From Lama guanicoe (Eukaryota), in contig MU053472.1 of NCBI GenBank assembly GCA_013239625.1, forward strand, positions 3,321,822 to 3,385,821: DNA of 64,000 nt, read 5' to 3'. The position numbers were made by a program, and so were the translations under genes. Shown here piece by piece: positions 13,401 to 27,486 of the stretch. How positions within the stretch are numbered: position 1 is the first letter of the stretch; the number at the start of each line of letters is the position of its first letter. A model generated the notes under the pieces. That model had not been told where the DNA came from. It saw only the letters and a program-made list of their open reading frames with translations, and did no database searches.

Positions 13401-14413
13401 GAAAATGTCTGTCATGTATCCACAACTGAAAAACTATTGTTTGTCAGTTCTTTCAGTTTGATGTTTCACAAGAAAGTGACTAATGAGCTTGGAACTCAGT
13501 TGAACAAAGTGATTTTTCCAAGACAACCATTATACATCATTATGCAGCACAAGTGCATTTTTCCCATATTTCCCATTTGTGACACCAAGAGTTAAGGTTT
13601 CATAACATTTATCATTTTTACTACTTCATCAAAGACATTCTTGAGAGACATTGAAAAAATTTTTTTTCCATCTGAAAGTGTGTAGCAGTGAATAATATGA
13701 TTACTGGTACATTTTAACTCATTGCTTTTGAATCACTAGTGCAAATGTCAACACAGCAAAAAAGGCAGATAACATCTTAGCGTTATTATGAAGGTGGTTT
13801 TTTGACTGTTTGGATTGCTAAAAGAATCATAGGGACTGACCCCTGAGTGGTACACAGCCTACACAACCACCTCTGGCATAGTCTAACCTTTGCAGAATAT
13901 TCTTGCCACCACAGGTGAGTCAACCTATGAATAATGCTAGTAATATGGAAAGGAATCTGGCCTTTGAGTTGTGTTTTTCAGTCATGGCTGCGTTCCCAAT
14001 CAGTGGACTCACTTGTATTGTTACTGTAACAGCTGATGTCTGCTGAATATATGGTTTGTGTTATGCACTGTGCTTTACATAACTTTACATAATAGTACAT
14101 AAAATCTTGCCTTGTGAGCTGTAGTTTTTCTTATCATTTCCACTTCAGAGATGGAAATACAATGGCTTAGTTAAGTTATTCACTCAAGTTCAACATTGTT
14201 AAACTGCAGTCTGTTTATTAACATAGATTTTTCTTTTGCTGTATTCTTTGTTCTTAATCAAAAGCTCTGATTTCCTGAAATCAGCCCTTGTAATTGGAAG
14301 GTGGTTGATCTTAGACAGAATTATAAGAAGTTCAGTGATTACAGGATCTGTTCATATCCCTGTTACCACCATTAATCTTGGTTCTCTTGTCTATAATTTA
14401 TTTTCTTATCTTT

Positions 14414-17066
14414 AGGCATAACCTCAGAGATAATGCAGGTTTGGTTCCAGACTACTGCAATAAAAGTCACTTGACATTTTTGCTTTTCCGGTGCATATAA
14501 AAGTTATGTTCAAACTATGGTTTATTAAGTGTGCGGTAACATGTCTAAAAAGACAGTGTACAGACCTTAATTTAAAAATATTTCTTCCTCGCCGCCAGGC
14601 TGTCGCCCATGTGCCTGCGCGCCGCCGTGCGTCGGGACTGGGGTCCGGTGCCGAGAGTACTTCCGTCCTGGGACATAGGGCACAGCCGGAAAGGCGGCCG
14701 CCCCTTTGCCCATCATGCACTGCATGTTCGTGGGGAACCTGGTGCTAAACCATTCCTAGACTACCTGCTTCTGGATCAGGGTTTCATATGTAGCAGAGCA
14801 GCTCCCTCGCTGCGATCTATTGAAAGTCAGCCCTCTACACAAGGGTTTGTAAAAAATTTTTTAAAAAGAAATAAAATCAGGAAAAAAAAATACTTTCTTC
14901 CTAAAAAATACTAACCATCACTGAGCCATCAGTGAGCATAATCTTTTTGCTGGTGGAGTGTCTTACCTTGTTTGATGGCTACTGACTGCTCAGGGTAACG
15001 GTTGCTGAAGGCTGGGGTGGGTGTGGCGATTTCTTAAAATAAGACAAGCATGAAGTTTGCCGCATTCCTTTCATGAATGATTTCTCTGTAGAGTGCAGTG
15101 CTGTTTGATAGCATTTTACCCGCAGTAGAACTTTTTTCAAAATAGGAGTCAATTCTCTTAAACCCTGATTCTGCTTTATCAACTAACTTTATGTAATATT
15201 ATAAATCTTTTGTTGTCATTTCAACAATCTTCACAGCATCTTCACCTGGAGTAGTTTCCATCTTAAGAAACCTTTTTTTTTTTTTTTTTGCTCATCCATA
15301 AAAAGCAACTTCTCATCCATCAAAGTTTTCTCATGAGGTTGTAGCAATTCAGTCACGTCTTCAGGCTTTACTTCTAATTCTAGTTCTGCTGTTTCTACCG
15401 TATTGGCAGTTAATTTTCCACTGGAGTCTTGAACCCCTCAAGAGTTATCCGCAAGGATTGAAATCAAGTTCTTCCAAAGTTCTGGTAGTGTTGATATTTT
15501 GACCTCTTCTCTCAAATGATGAATGCTCTTAATAGCATCTAGAATGGTGAATCCTTTCCAGAAAGTTTTCAATTTCCTTTGCCCAGATTCTTCAGAGGAG
15601 TCACTATCTGTGGCAGCTATAGCTTTACGAAATGCATTTCTTAAATAATAAGATTTGAAAGTCAAAATTACTTCTTGATTTTGGGGCTGCAAAAGGGGTG
15701 TGTTTAGCAGGCAAAACAGCATTAATCTTGCACATTTTCATCAGAGCTCTTGGATGACCAGGTGCGTTGTCAAGGAGCAGTAGTATTTCGCAAAAACTCT
15801 TTTTCCTTAGTAGTAAATCTCAGCGGTGGGCTTCAAGAATTCATCTAGCCATATGTAAAGAGATACGCTATCATCAGTCTTTCTTCTCTTTATAGAACAC
15901 AGACAGTAAATTTAATATAATTCTTAAGGATTTTCAGAATGGTAAATGAGCATTAGCTTCAACTTAAAGTCACAAGCTGCATTAGCTCCTGACAAGGGAG
16001 TCAGCCTGTCCTTTGAAGCTCTGAAGTCAGGCATTAGCTTCTCTTCTCTAATATGAGAGCCCTAGGTGGCATCTTCTTCCAATAGAAGAGTGTTTCGACT
16101 TTGACAATCTATTCATTAGTTATCTAAGCTAGATCTTCTGGATAACTTGCTGCAGCTGCTATATCAGCATTTGCTGCTTCACCTTATGCATCATGTTACA
16201 GAGATGGCTTCTTTTCTTCAGCCTCATGAGCCAGCCTCTCCTAGCTTCCAAATTCTGCTTCCTCACCTCTCTCACCCTTCATAGAATTGAGTTAGGGCCT
16301 TACTGTTGCCCAAAGTTTGGCTTTGGTGTAAGGAATATTGTAGCTGATTTGATCTTCTATCTAAACCACTGAAACTTTCTTCGTGTCACCAAGAACGCTG
16401 TTTAGCTTTCTTAATTCAGTAGAGTCAGACTTTTAATATCCTTCAAGAATTTTTCCTTTGTATTCACAGCTTGACTAACTGGCACAAGAGGCCTAGCTTT
16501 CGGCCTTTCTTGGCTTTCGACATGCCTTCCACACTAACCTTAATCATTTCTGGCTTTTGTTTTAGAGTAAGAGATGTGTGACTCTTCTTTCACTTGAACA
16601 CTTAGAAACCATTCTAGGGTTACTAATTGGCCTAATTTCAATATTGCTGTGTCTCAGGAAATAGGGAGGCCCTAGGAGAGGGAAGGAGATGGGGGTAGGG
16701 GAGAGGTAAAGTGGGAAGGCGGTGGTAGGAGGGGAAGGATGGCCAGTCTGTGCAGTCAGAACACACGTGGCATTCATCAGTTAAGTTTACTGTCATATAT
16801 GTGTACAGTTCATGGTGCCCCAAAATAGTTCCATCCAAGATCACTGGTCACAGATCATGATAACAAATATGACAGTAATGATGTAAAAGTTTGAAATATT
16901 GTGAGAATTACCAAAATGTGACACAGACATGAAGTGAACAAGTGCTATTGGAAAAATGGCACTGTTAGACTTGCTCGATGCATGGTTGCCACAAACCTTC
17001 AATCTGTAAGAACCTAGTATCTGTGAAATGCAGTAAAGCAGAAGCACAATGAAACGAAGTGTGTCG
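14414..17066 (-). mobile_element. Near full-length decayed Tigger1 (TcMar-Tigger) DNA transposon
   Basis: Both termini are recognisable. Transposase remnant 15438..15722 (TFKSYYLRNAFRKAIAA...LKTFWKGFTILDAIK) is TIGD1/Tigger1-like. Confidence 0.88.
14590..14885 (+). pseudogene. 28S rRNA 3'-end retrocopy with A-rich tail (SINE28-like), inserted in Tigger1
   Basis: Ends ...gcagagcagctccctcgctgcgatctattgaaagtcagccctctacacaagggtttgt (14850), the 28S 3' terminus. Tail 14851-14885. TSD aaaaata(c)tttcttcct at 14574-14589 and 14886-14902. Confidence 0.93.
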
Positions 17067-18149
17067 ATAGCTCTGCTTCTTGCTTTGGGAAGATTCTCCT
17101 CTTAATGATGTGTAGATTTTGTGACATTTCTACTGCTTTTGGCACAGGTTTCATCTTGGTGCTTTTGCTTATATTGACCATATACACTTTGGGAACTTAT
17201 TGAAGTTTACATTGTCTTATAAACAGTAATAACATTATCAGTGATGGTGAAATACCATTCATTAAAGAGATTTGTTAGATATTACCTGAATACTTTAATG
17301 AGAATGCTCTGTTTGGATAAAAGCAGACATCTTACCATCTGTTAATCCTGTTAACACTTCAGAAAGCCTAGAGAATGGTTTTGAATACCTTTTCAATAAC
17401 TATTGAAATGTCATTCAATTATGGAATTCAGAGTTTAACAGTGAGGTAGTTTAACTGTCAAAATATGAAATAAAATTGTAAATCCTTGTATTATTATCTA
17501 GTAGATTTTAATAACATCTGGGACCCTGAAGTACTTTCGTAATTTCATTATACTTAAATATCTCAATAAATGTATGTGTTAGCATACACTTGTGTAGGCT
17601 TTCAGAGGAAATTGGCAGATGAGTGACATCCTTGAATTGATGCTTAACAGTACTTACTGAGTTGACTTTCATTTTAGAGAAGGGAATTTCTTTGAGTTAC
17701 TTAAGGAAAGAGTAGAACTTTCCCTGGGGGAGTTGTTTTAGTGAGACTAAAATTTTAAGTTGTAAATTGTTAAATTTATTCAGACTTTCAGTTTGATAGC
17801 AGGAAAGAATTTAAGTTGGATATTCAAATTTCAGGTTTTAGTTTTATCTAAGATGAGTGTTGAGATGCTCTGTAAATAATTCAACTTGGATTAATTGCTA
17901 TATTTAATAGAAACATAGGTGTATGTATGTCATGATTTTAAAGAACTAATGCAGATTTTTTAAAATGATCTTTTTTAAACATTATATGCCTTCTCATACA
18001 AAACCCCCCAAATTTTCAAAAACAATATTGTTTTAAATTTTACCTGTCTTGATCCTGGATGTATTTAACCATCTGCATTAATGTCTTGCTCCCCAGATTT
18101 TCCATATTCTTGGTTGTTTCTCTATGAGTTTTGAGTTTTTCACTACTCA

Positions 18150-19680
18150 CTTTTTTAAAAAAAATTTTTCATTGTAGTTGATTTACAGTGTTTCAGGTGT
18201 ACAGCAAAGCAATTCAGTTATACCTATGCATATATGTATTCTTTTTTAGATTCCTTTTCATTATAGGTTATTACAAAATATTAACTGTAGTTCCCTGTGC
18301 TGTACAGTAGGTCCTTGTTTATCTACTTTCTATATAGTCACTATCACTTTTAAAATAGAAAGTTTTGAGGTGAAATTCATATAATATAGAATCAACCCTT
18401 TTAAAGTACACAATTCAGTGGAACTTAGTGCATTTGTAGTATTGTGCAATCAGCACCTCTCCCCAGAACACCTCATACCCATTAAGTGAACAGTCCCCAT
18501 CCCTTCTTTCCCCTAGTCTTAGACACCTGTGTTTGGCTTCTATTTAGCATAGTGTTTTCAGGCTTCAGTTAATGTTGAAGCATGTATCAGAGCTTTATTT
18601 TTAATATGGCTGAAAAATATTCCATAGTATGTATATACTTCAGTTTGTTTATCCATTCATCTGTTGGTGGACTTTGGGGGTTTTTTCCCCATTTTTTGGC
18701 TATTATTAATAATCCTGCTATAAATATTTATGTACAAGTTTCTACATGGACATATGTTTTCATTTCTTTCAGATATATACCTGGTTGTGGAATTATTGGG
18801 TTATATTGTAATTCTGTGTTTAATGGTTTGAGAAATTGCCAAACTTGTTTTCCACAGTGGTTGCACTGTTCTTTTTTCCTACCAGCATTGTACGAGGGTT
18901 TATGTTTCTCCACATCCTTACCAACATCTATTTCCCATTTTTAGATTATATTTATAACCATCATAGTGAATGTGAAGTGGTATCTCATTGTGGTTTTGAC
19001 TTGCATTTCCTTAATGACCAGTGAAATTGATCATCTTTTCATGTGTTTATTGGCCATTTGTATGTTCTTTGAAGAAATGTCTACCTCATGTCCATTGCCC
19101 ATTTTTAAATTAGATTTTCTTTTAGTTGTTGAGTTATGAGAACTCTATATATTTTATATGCTAAACCATTATCAGACATACGATTTGAAAACCTTTTCCC
19201 ATTCTATGGGTTTTTTTTTTTCTGCCTTCTTGATGATGCCCTTTGATGCACAAAAATTTTTAATTTTTATGAAGTCCAAGTTACCTGTTTTTTTGTTGCT
19301 CATACTTCTGGAGTCAGATCTGTAACCCATTGCCAAATTCAAATTCATGAATATTTACTCCTATGTTCTAAGTGTTTTATAGTTTGAGCTCTTTTGGTCA
19401 TTGATCCATTTGGAGTTAATTTTTGTATATGAAATTAGAAAGTTTATATGAAATCTGTATATGAAATATGCATGTAGTAATCAAATTTTCTCAGCACCAT
19501 TTGTTGAAGAAATTAGAATCATCTTAGAACCCTTGTCAAAAGCCAATTGCATATAGATATTGGGATTTATTTCTGGACATTTAATGCCAACCTTTGTACT
19601 ACAAAGCTGGCCTCATGATTGCCACAAAATCTAGGCAGACAAAATGTCACAGCTTTTGTATTAGTTTTTTGTGCCATCAG
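18150..19680 (-). mobile_element. L1 3' region (L1M-type) with a younger L1 3' tip at 18150-18335
   Basis: Typical L1 3'UTR and ORF2-end text (ccattcatctgttggtggac, tgtgaagtggtatctcattgtggttttg); younger tip ttgtagttgatttacagtg. Confidence 0.8.
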
Positions 19681-19743
19681 TCTAGATAATGCATTGTGAG
19701 AGATAATTAATATAAAGATCACTTGACAGCACTTAAAGAAATA

Positions 19744-19981
19744 CAGTTGACCCTTGAACAACACAGGGGTTAGGAGTTGCCAACCCTCCTCACAGTCAAC
19801 AGTCTGCATATAACTTAAGAGTTGGCCCTCCCTATCCAGGTTTCCTCTGTATCTGCAGTTACACATTCTCGGATTTAACCAGCCACAGGTCGTGTAGTCC
19901 TGTAGTAATTACTGTTTTTTAAAAATTCCAAATTTAAGTGGACCGGTGCATTTCAACCCTATGTTGTTCAAGGGTCAACTG
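19744..19981. mobile_element. MER8/Tigger2-type MITE
   Basis: TIRs cagttgacccttgaacaaca...tgttgttcaagggtcaactg, TA on both flanks, 238 bp. Confidence 0.88.
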
Positions 19982-20730
19982 TATTTACATCCATTTGTAG
20001 GTAAAGAGCTATGATTTTTTTTCGCTTTTGCCAGCAGAAATAACAGAGTGAGCCGTTGGGTTTTTCTTTAAAACAGTTATCTCCACTAAGAAAGAGAAGC
20101 CTTATGGCTACTGTTGAATGTTCCTTCTCATTATCTTTATTTTTCCACTTTCCTTTCTACTTGCAGTATAGTACTTTCTTAGTAAAAATGACTTTGAAGA
20201 CTTGAGTTTTGTGCTATATAAGATATGGAAATCTGAATATACTGGCTTTCCTATTGTATACTTACCTTCTATTAGAAAATTCTATAGGCTTGACTTTCTG
20301 AATAGTTAATTTATGTAACTTGAATTGGAAAAATGTAGTAAAATATTCAACATTTATTATTTATTTTAAAATTGCATGGTGATAAACCTCAAAGAGTGGC
20401 AAAATATATATAAGGAAAGAGATAATGAATATTTGGAAAAAACATACAGTGTTGCTAAAACACGTAACTTTGAAAGACTGTTTTATACAAAATTTATTCA
20501 ATTTTTGAGGTGTTTTATACCTGCTATATTGGTAAACATTTTCAAGAGGTAAAAAGGACTTAGTGCCAGGCATGTTGTGGTAGCCTGTTCACAATACTGG
20601 TGTCTTTATAGATGATTCAGTCCTTTCTGAAAGAAATATAACTGTGTATACAAGTAAGTTTCTTCTCAGGTACTCAGTGACTTTATTGTTTTGATGTCTT
20701 TTATTCTTGCTTTACTAACTATATTAATAA

Positions 20731-20931
<201 letters not shown>

Positions 20932-21445
20932 TAAAAGGAAACATTTATATTGTGGCTTTTATCATGGGGAATAATGTCATCAGAACTTTGAAGTCTTTTC
21001 ACTTAACAAAGATAAATATTAAAATTCATACTAACTGTAAACCTTACCATGTTTTTAACCATTTCAGAACCCTTAAGTAGTCAGTGAATAAAATAAGTTA
21101 GAAATATGTTTGGCATCTAGTTAGTACTTCCATAAACATTAAACTACTTCCAATAAATGTGATAATGTCCCATTTATCTGTTGAACTTCTAACAACCTCA
21201 CCATTTGGAAAATAAAGAATAGTGAGGGATCAAGTGCTTATTTTTTCCACTTGACATTGTATATAATATTCAGGTGATTGGTTTTGCAAGGTTAATTTCA
21301 AAAAAAGATTTTCAATTTCTTCTGAAATTAAAAGTAAGAGAATAGAGATGGAAATTGATAAAAATAAACTAAGCGATGATAGTTGGTGTGGTATTTGTAG
21401 GAAAGGACAAAACATAAAAAGTGACTGTAAAACTACAGCAGCCCT

Positions 21446-21580
21446 GGAGGGAGGGTATAGCTCAAATGGTAAAGCACATGCCTAGCATGCACAAGGTCCT
21501 GGGTTCAACCCCCATTACCTCTTCTAAAAATAAATAAATAAATAAACCTAATTCCTCACTGTACCCCCACCCCCCAAAAA
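21446..21580 (+). mobile_element. tRNA-derived SINE (Vic-1-like)
   Basis: Pol III A and B boxes; TSD aaaactacagca(g/a)ccct. Confidence 0.9.
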
Positions 21581-23942
21581 AAACTACAGCAACCCTATTT
21601 AATGTCGGAGTAACTTTTACAATTCAGTTTTGGGGTACCATTGCATGTTGTTTTAATTTGATGATCAAAATGAGAGCTTGAGTATTAAAATAAATTCAAA
21701 TATGTTTTGACTGAGTGGTTTCAAAGTATTTAACAATTTACTAAGTTTCCATCAAAATAATTTTAACAGCTTTTTTCCAAAGAAGTGATTAGATAATCCT
21801 CTTTAAGTTTCACTTATTCTGATTTCTTTATTCTTGAGCATGCTGGATGAGTTGCTATTATATCACCCTTTACTATTACGTGTTCTTCATAACTTTTCTG
21901 GGAGAATAAAGAAATGAAAAAAGAGCTAATTGTATTTTCAATGTAGAAAAAAATTCATGTTTTTGTCACCTCTTCTTTTGGGTGATTATTTTAGTATCAT
22001 TTTATCACCTTTTATGTTTTCTTAAATTACTCACCAAAAGAAGTAATTTGTTGCTGTTTCACACTTTAACCAGATAAGATTGTGAAATTATTCAAATAAC
22101 AATTTTATTGGCCTACAGAATAGCCATTTTTTTTTTATGGCCTTAGTCCTCTCCTTGTTGGAGCCATAGTAATGTTGAATTTTCTGGTGGCGATGTGTTT
22201 CCTTTCTTTAATGCAGTTTGGACCAACCTCTAGTTCTTTATTTTGGCCATTCCTCTTTATAACAACTTTTACTCATAGGCTTAAATATTAGTACAGGAAC
22301 ACATTCTTGTTGTGGTATTTAATTATCGTTCATTCAGCAACATTTCCTAAGTCTGTGCCTGGCACTGAGCTAATATTAAGAAAGAGTAAGACATATTTTT
22401 GTCCTCAGGAAACTAGACGAAATGGGCAGGTTAAAAACAGAATTTATTACTGTACAAGATAGTGCTGTAATAGCAGTATGAATAAATTGCTGTGGGGTTC
22501 AGGGAGAGGGGCTTTTAATTATCCTATTACTCATAATATGAATTATTTAATGAGAGATTGCTCAAAATTTAGACCTGATTGAAGATTCTGATGGAATTTT
22601 ATATCTGTTTATTAGAAAGTTTCCTAAGTCTTTTCTATAACTGTATACAAATATTCTTCTTTCATCAAAAGAGATAGTTAAAGAATTTTACCTGCTGTTT
22701 TGCTTTTGTTATCATGGCACAAATACTAAAAATTATAGGATTGGCCAGTTTCATTGGTCATTTAAAGATAATACTTTTTAGGAAGTCTTACTAATGTCTT
22801 ACCAGTGTATGCTGTCTGGCAGTATGCACTGAGTGGTGAATCATCTCTGTCCTCTGATGCATGAGTATCCTTGATTAAAAATAGTTATCTGCTGCAGATA
22901 GATGTTAGATGGTTGATAGATTCCTACACTAGCTGTAAAATCCTAGAAAAAAATGGAATGGTAGTTTACATAAGGGTAGCAAGACTGGAAGGGTGATTTG
23001 CAGGCTTCCAAATTAGTCCTGCCTCCTGTGACACTCCCTTTCTTCAGAAACATCTTTATATACTACTGTAATTTATTTCTCTGCAAATCGAGTCATGTTC
23101 AAACAAAGGTAGTTTTTTTTCTTTAGTAAGTATTGGTTTTTAAAAAGTACAGATAACTCTGAAGAGATCAAAATCCTGTCATGCACAAATTAACTGTCTG
23201 CAAAGCAGAGACGGATTCACAGACATAGAGAATAAATTTATGGTTACCAGAGGGTAAAGTGAGGGAAGGGATAAATTGGGAATTCGAAAATTGCACCTCT
23301 TGGGAAGTGCTGGAAATGTTATCTATCTTGATTGTGTAGTGATTTCATTACCTGAAATATGCCATACTGTGATATATGGAGAGTTTTGATTTTAAGCTGC
23401 TATCTGGAGGGTTGGGAATATAAGTTATTTACAGCATACAGCTCTTTGGGGGACAGCGAAGATTTCTGGGTAGTTGACCCTCTTTTAAGTGCTTTTTTTT
23501 TTTTTTTTACTGAGGAGTAGAAAATACGGGAACATGAGGTGGGAGAGGGAATGAAGAAGAGCAGTGCCTAAAACAGACTGCTTATTTTCCTAGGGTCTGG
23601 CCTAGGCAAGAAAGGAGGAAAACGTTAGCTGTCTCCTTCCAGCATAGTGTGGTCCTCTTCTTCCCAGCTTATGATCAACATTGTATTTGAGCCACATTAT
23701 TATAATAAATATGTTTTAGTAGATTACTTTGGGAGTTTACTCATGATGCGTAATGTTATTTCTTTAGAAAACTACAGTTTGAGTTTAGACAACTGACTGA
23801 TAAATGACTTATCAGAACCTTATGTCATTACAACTTGTGGGCTACATGTGTAAATGGCAAATTCCAGGAGCAAGTTCGTTTTGAATTTTGGCCTTGTAAT
23901 GTAGTCAAGTAAACTTAAAATTGTAGACTTTATAGTTACTGA

Positions 23943-24149
<207 letters not shown>

Positions 24150-24724
24150 TAGTGTTTCATATTGTCTTACTGGCCTGTTACATTTGATTTTAATCAGATT
24201 TTGGATATTACTGCTATTTGTAATTTTGTAGAAAAATCCAGTTGTCTTGTTCCTTAGTCTCACTACCTTTGAGCCTCTAGTTTTGGACTCTCCAGTTGAG
24301 TAGCTACTAGCCACATTTTAAATGCTTATTACTGGAAATGGCATATATAAAACATTGCCATCATTGCATTAAAATTGAATTGGACAGTGCTGCTCTAGTT
24401 TGAGGTGAGCTCTTTGTTTTTCTCTCAGTGATTTAGGTATTTCTCTTCCCCATGCTATCTTAACTTTAGAGGATTCTAAACTATAGAAAAATTTAAAGTT
24501 GCTCCATCTTGAATTCTCACGATTGTTGAATTGAGTGTTAGGATCGGTTAATGAATTTTTATTTTATGAAGGTAAACTAGATTATGTAAGGTATGTTTCT
24601 TTCTGACAGTAGGTATTGGGATAGGGTGAGAAGTTTAAAGTGCTGAGAGTAGTTAATATATGAAGGAGGAAAATAAGAATACTTTCAGAAATTTTCATGT
24701 AAGTGTGCTATTTAAAACTGCCTT

Positions 24725-24868
24725 GGGGGAGGTTATAGCTCAGTGGTGCAGTGCCTGCTTAGCATGCGGTATCCTGGGTTCAATCCCAAGTACCTCCATC
24801 CATCCATCAATCAAATTGCCTCTCTTCCCCCCAAAAATAGAATAAAATAAAAATTTAAAAATAAATAG
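24725..24868 (+). mobile_element. tRNA-derived SINE (Vic-1-like)
   Basis: gggggaggttatagctcagtgg...gggttcaatccc; TSD taaaactgcctt at 24713-24724 and 24869-24880. Confidence 0.9.
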
Positions 24869-25033
24869 TAAAACTGCCTTATTTACTATGTGGTTTGCTA
24901 ATTGTGTATGTAGCTTGGACTAGAAATGAGAAAAAGGATGAGAATAAGTTGGGCAGTTTTTCTTTGTTACAGACTTTTCCATAAGCAAAAGGCAGGAAGG
25001 GATGAGAGAAATCGTTCAAGAAATGGTTTTAAG

Positions 25034-25119
25034 GTCTACGGCCATACCACCCTGAATGCACCCGATCTCATCTGATCTCGGAAGCTAAGCAGGGTCGGGC
25101 CTGGTTAGTACTTGGATGG
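25034..25119 (+). pseudogene. Tailless 3'-truncated 5S rRNA retropseudogene (nt 1-86)
   Basis: gtctacggccataccaccctgaa...ggttagtacttggatgg. TSD aagaaatggtttta(a/g)g at 25018-25033 and 25120-25135. Confidence 0.95.
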
Positions 25120-25216
25120 AAGAAATGGTTTTAGGAACATCTGGATATATATTTTTACTTAAAAGTGAAGCATTGCTTATGACTTACGTTTATTTGTGTT
25201 GCTCTTGTTTTGAAAG

Positions 25217-25435
25217 AGACTTACTATTGAGTTGTCTCGAACTCAGAAATCAAGGGATTTGTCACCACCTGATAATCATCTTAGCCCCCAAAATGATGAC
25301 ACTCCTGAGACAAGAGCTAAGAAGTCTGGATCATGTGCTGATACGCTTCTGCAGGATGGTCCTACTGCAGCTTCTGTAAGAGAGGCCAAAGAAGATGAAG
25401 AAGATGAGGAGAAGATTCAGAATGAAGATTATCAT
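25217..25435 (+). CDS. TRIM37: TRIM37 coding exon (approx. exon 15)
   Basis: tttgaaag|AGA CTT ACT...TAT CAT|gtaat; 219 nt; [21 protein letters not shown]...[16 protein letters not shown]. Confidence 0.94.
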
Positions 25436-26453
25436 GTAATAATTAGACTTATTTTAATTTTTTGTGTTTGAAAAGAGAAATATCATGGTTTCCAACATAT
25501 GATATAGGGGGAATTGGTGGGTTGGAAATGTTCTCCATTTATTTTCCTTATTAGTGTATTCCCTTCTGTAAATGTTACTAAGTCAGAAGTTGTTGAATCA
25601 AAATGTTTCATTTCCAAAAATTAATTTTAGAAAACTGTACATTCTACAAAACAGTGATGTACATTCCAGAAACTGTATAAATTCTAGATTTTAAAAATGT
25701 GTCCTATTTCCATTCACTGAACCTAGTTAAATGCCTTATCATTACATATGTAGGTAGAATGATTTAGGATTGAGGAGATAGTCAGGTTTTGTCCCAGCCA
25801 AACAGCAACTAGAATGAGAATTCAGGAAGTGGCTGTTATTGTTTAAGGTAAGAGAGAGGTATAGAGATAAGCTTTTTTTTGTTAGTTATTTTTAAGATAG
25901 GAGGTTTCAGGTATATGTTAAAATGAAGGAATCGGTGGGGAGAGAAATTGAAGATGAACTCCAGGTGTTGACAAAACTATTTAAGGAGATAGTAGAGGCT
26001 GGAATGAAGCACTCAGGTGAAACAATTAACCTTTGATAGAATGAGCTAAAGGAAGGGTGGAGTTTGCAGGTGGGACAGCTGAAATTTGGGGGCATTTATG
26101 CTTCATAGCCAGTATGTCTTTCTATGTAGATAGATGACAGGGTTTTATAATCACCTTAAGGATAGTAGAGGTTAGATAGGCTTTGAGTGATTGTTTGAAA
26201 TATTTTTCTGTGAAGAGCCTTACTGGAAGCTGACTTGGAACATATGAAACATCGAAGGCCAGCTGAAATAGGCAGAGATTATCAGTGGTACCAGGTAACG
26301 TAGTTGTGTGATGTATCTTCACAGGACTCAGCAGCTTAGGCACAGGAGCAGAGAATTCTGATAATCACATTATTCTTTGGTGCTTAGTCCATTGGCTGGA
26401 TGGAATGATCACAACATTTGAGATAGAAATCTTATTTCTTTGCCTTGATCTAG

Positions 26454-26591
<138 letters not shown>

Positions 26592-27330
26592 TGAGTGTCT
26601 CACATTAACTACCACTATGAGGCATCAAAGTGGTAATTATTAGAAGCATATTAATTAAGTTAAGGCATCGTGTTACATAAATGGAATCAGTAACCTTTAG
26701 GTATTGGCTTTTCTTTACTCTGCCTAGTTCTCTCCATCTCTGGGATGGAGAATTCATCCAGGTTATTGTGTGTGTAGATAGTTTGTTCGTTTTAATGCTG
26801 AGCAGTAGTCTGCGTTGTGAATCTCCCACAGTTTGTTCAGCCATTCTCTTTTTGAAGGACATCTGGATTATTCCAGTTTGGGGCTAATATGAATAAAGCT
26901 ACTGTAAACATTCATGTACAGATTTTTGTATGAACATAAATCATCATTTCTCTAGGTTAAGTGCACTGCTGGATGGTAATTGAAAGTTTAGTTTTTGAAC
27001 AGTAATTTGAAACCATCTTTCTTAATCTTAAAATGTAGTATTTTAAACCTATTTACTACCATCAAGTTACACATTCTTTGAAGCTGTAATCTCTTCTGCT
27101 TACAGTGGTTCTCAGATTTTCTGTTTTAAAAATTAAATGTTGCCAGCCTGTCTTGGTATTTTAAAAAGGTAGTTTGAACATAAACACTATGCATACGTGT
27201 GATAATGACAAAAGTCTTTTTCTGCATTTGTGTATTTAGAAATACCTATCTTCACAGGAGAAGGCACTGTAGTTTGAAAATTCGTTGAGGTGTGACAAAT
27301 AGTGTTAATTCTGCCTACTACACAGAATGA

Positions 27331-27486
<156 letters not shown>

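Larger units (their letters stand above)
7046..13875. mobile_element. Charlie1-type hAT transposon, split by an L1 insertion
   Basis: Terminus gcagttctcaaa...actcttaaattttattgggaacccaaaaga at 7046. The sequence breaks at aaaatc (~7798) and resumes at aaaatc (~13081). The other terminus lies near gcaaatgtcaacacagcaaaaaaggc (13741-13875). Boundaries approximate. Confidence 0.72.

Noticed and set aside
14424..14914. Overlapping Arg/Pro-rich ORFs and an apparent small CpG island
   Set aside because: Explained by the GC-rich 28S retrocopy.
15438..15722. Domesticated TIGD1-like gene
   Set aside because: Only fragmented, frameshifted transposase remnants within a decayed Tigger1.
25034..25119. Functional 5S gene (likewise U6 at 51423-51530)
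   Set aside because: The 5S is truncated with no terminator. The U6 has CpG-type substitutions, an altered ACAGAGA box (ACACAGA) and an L1 tail.
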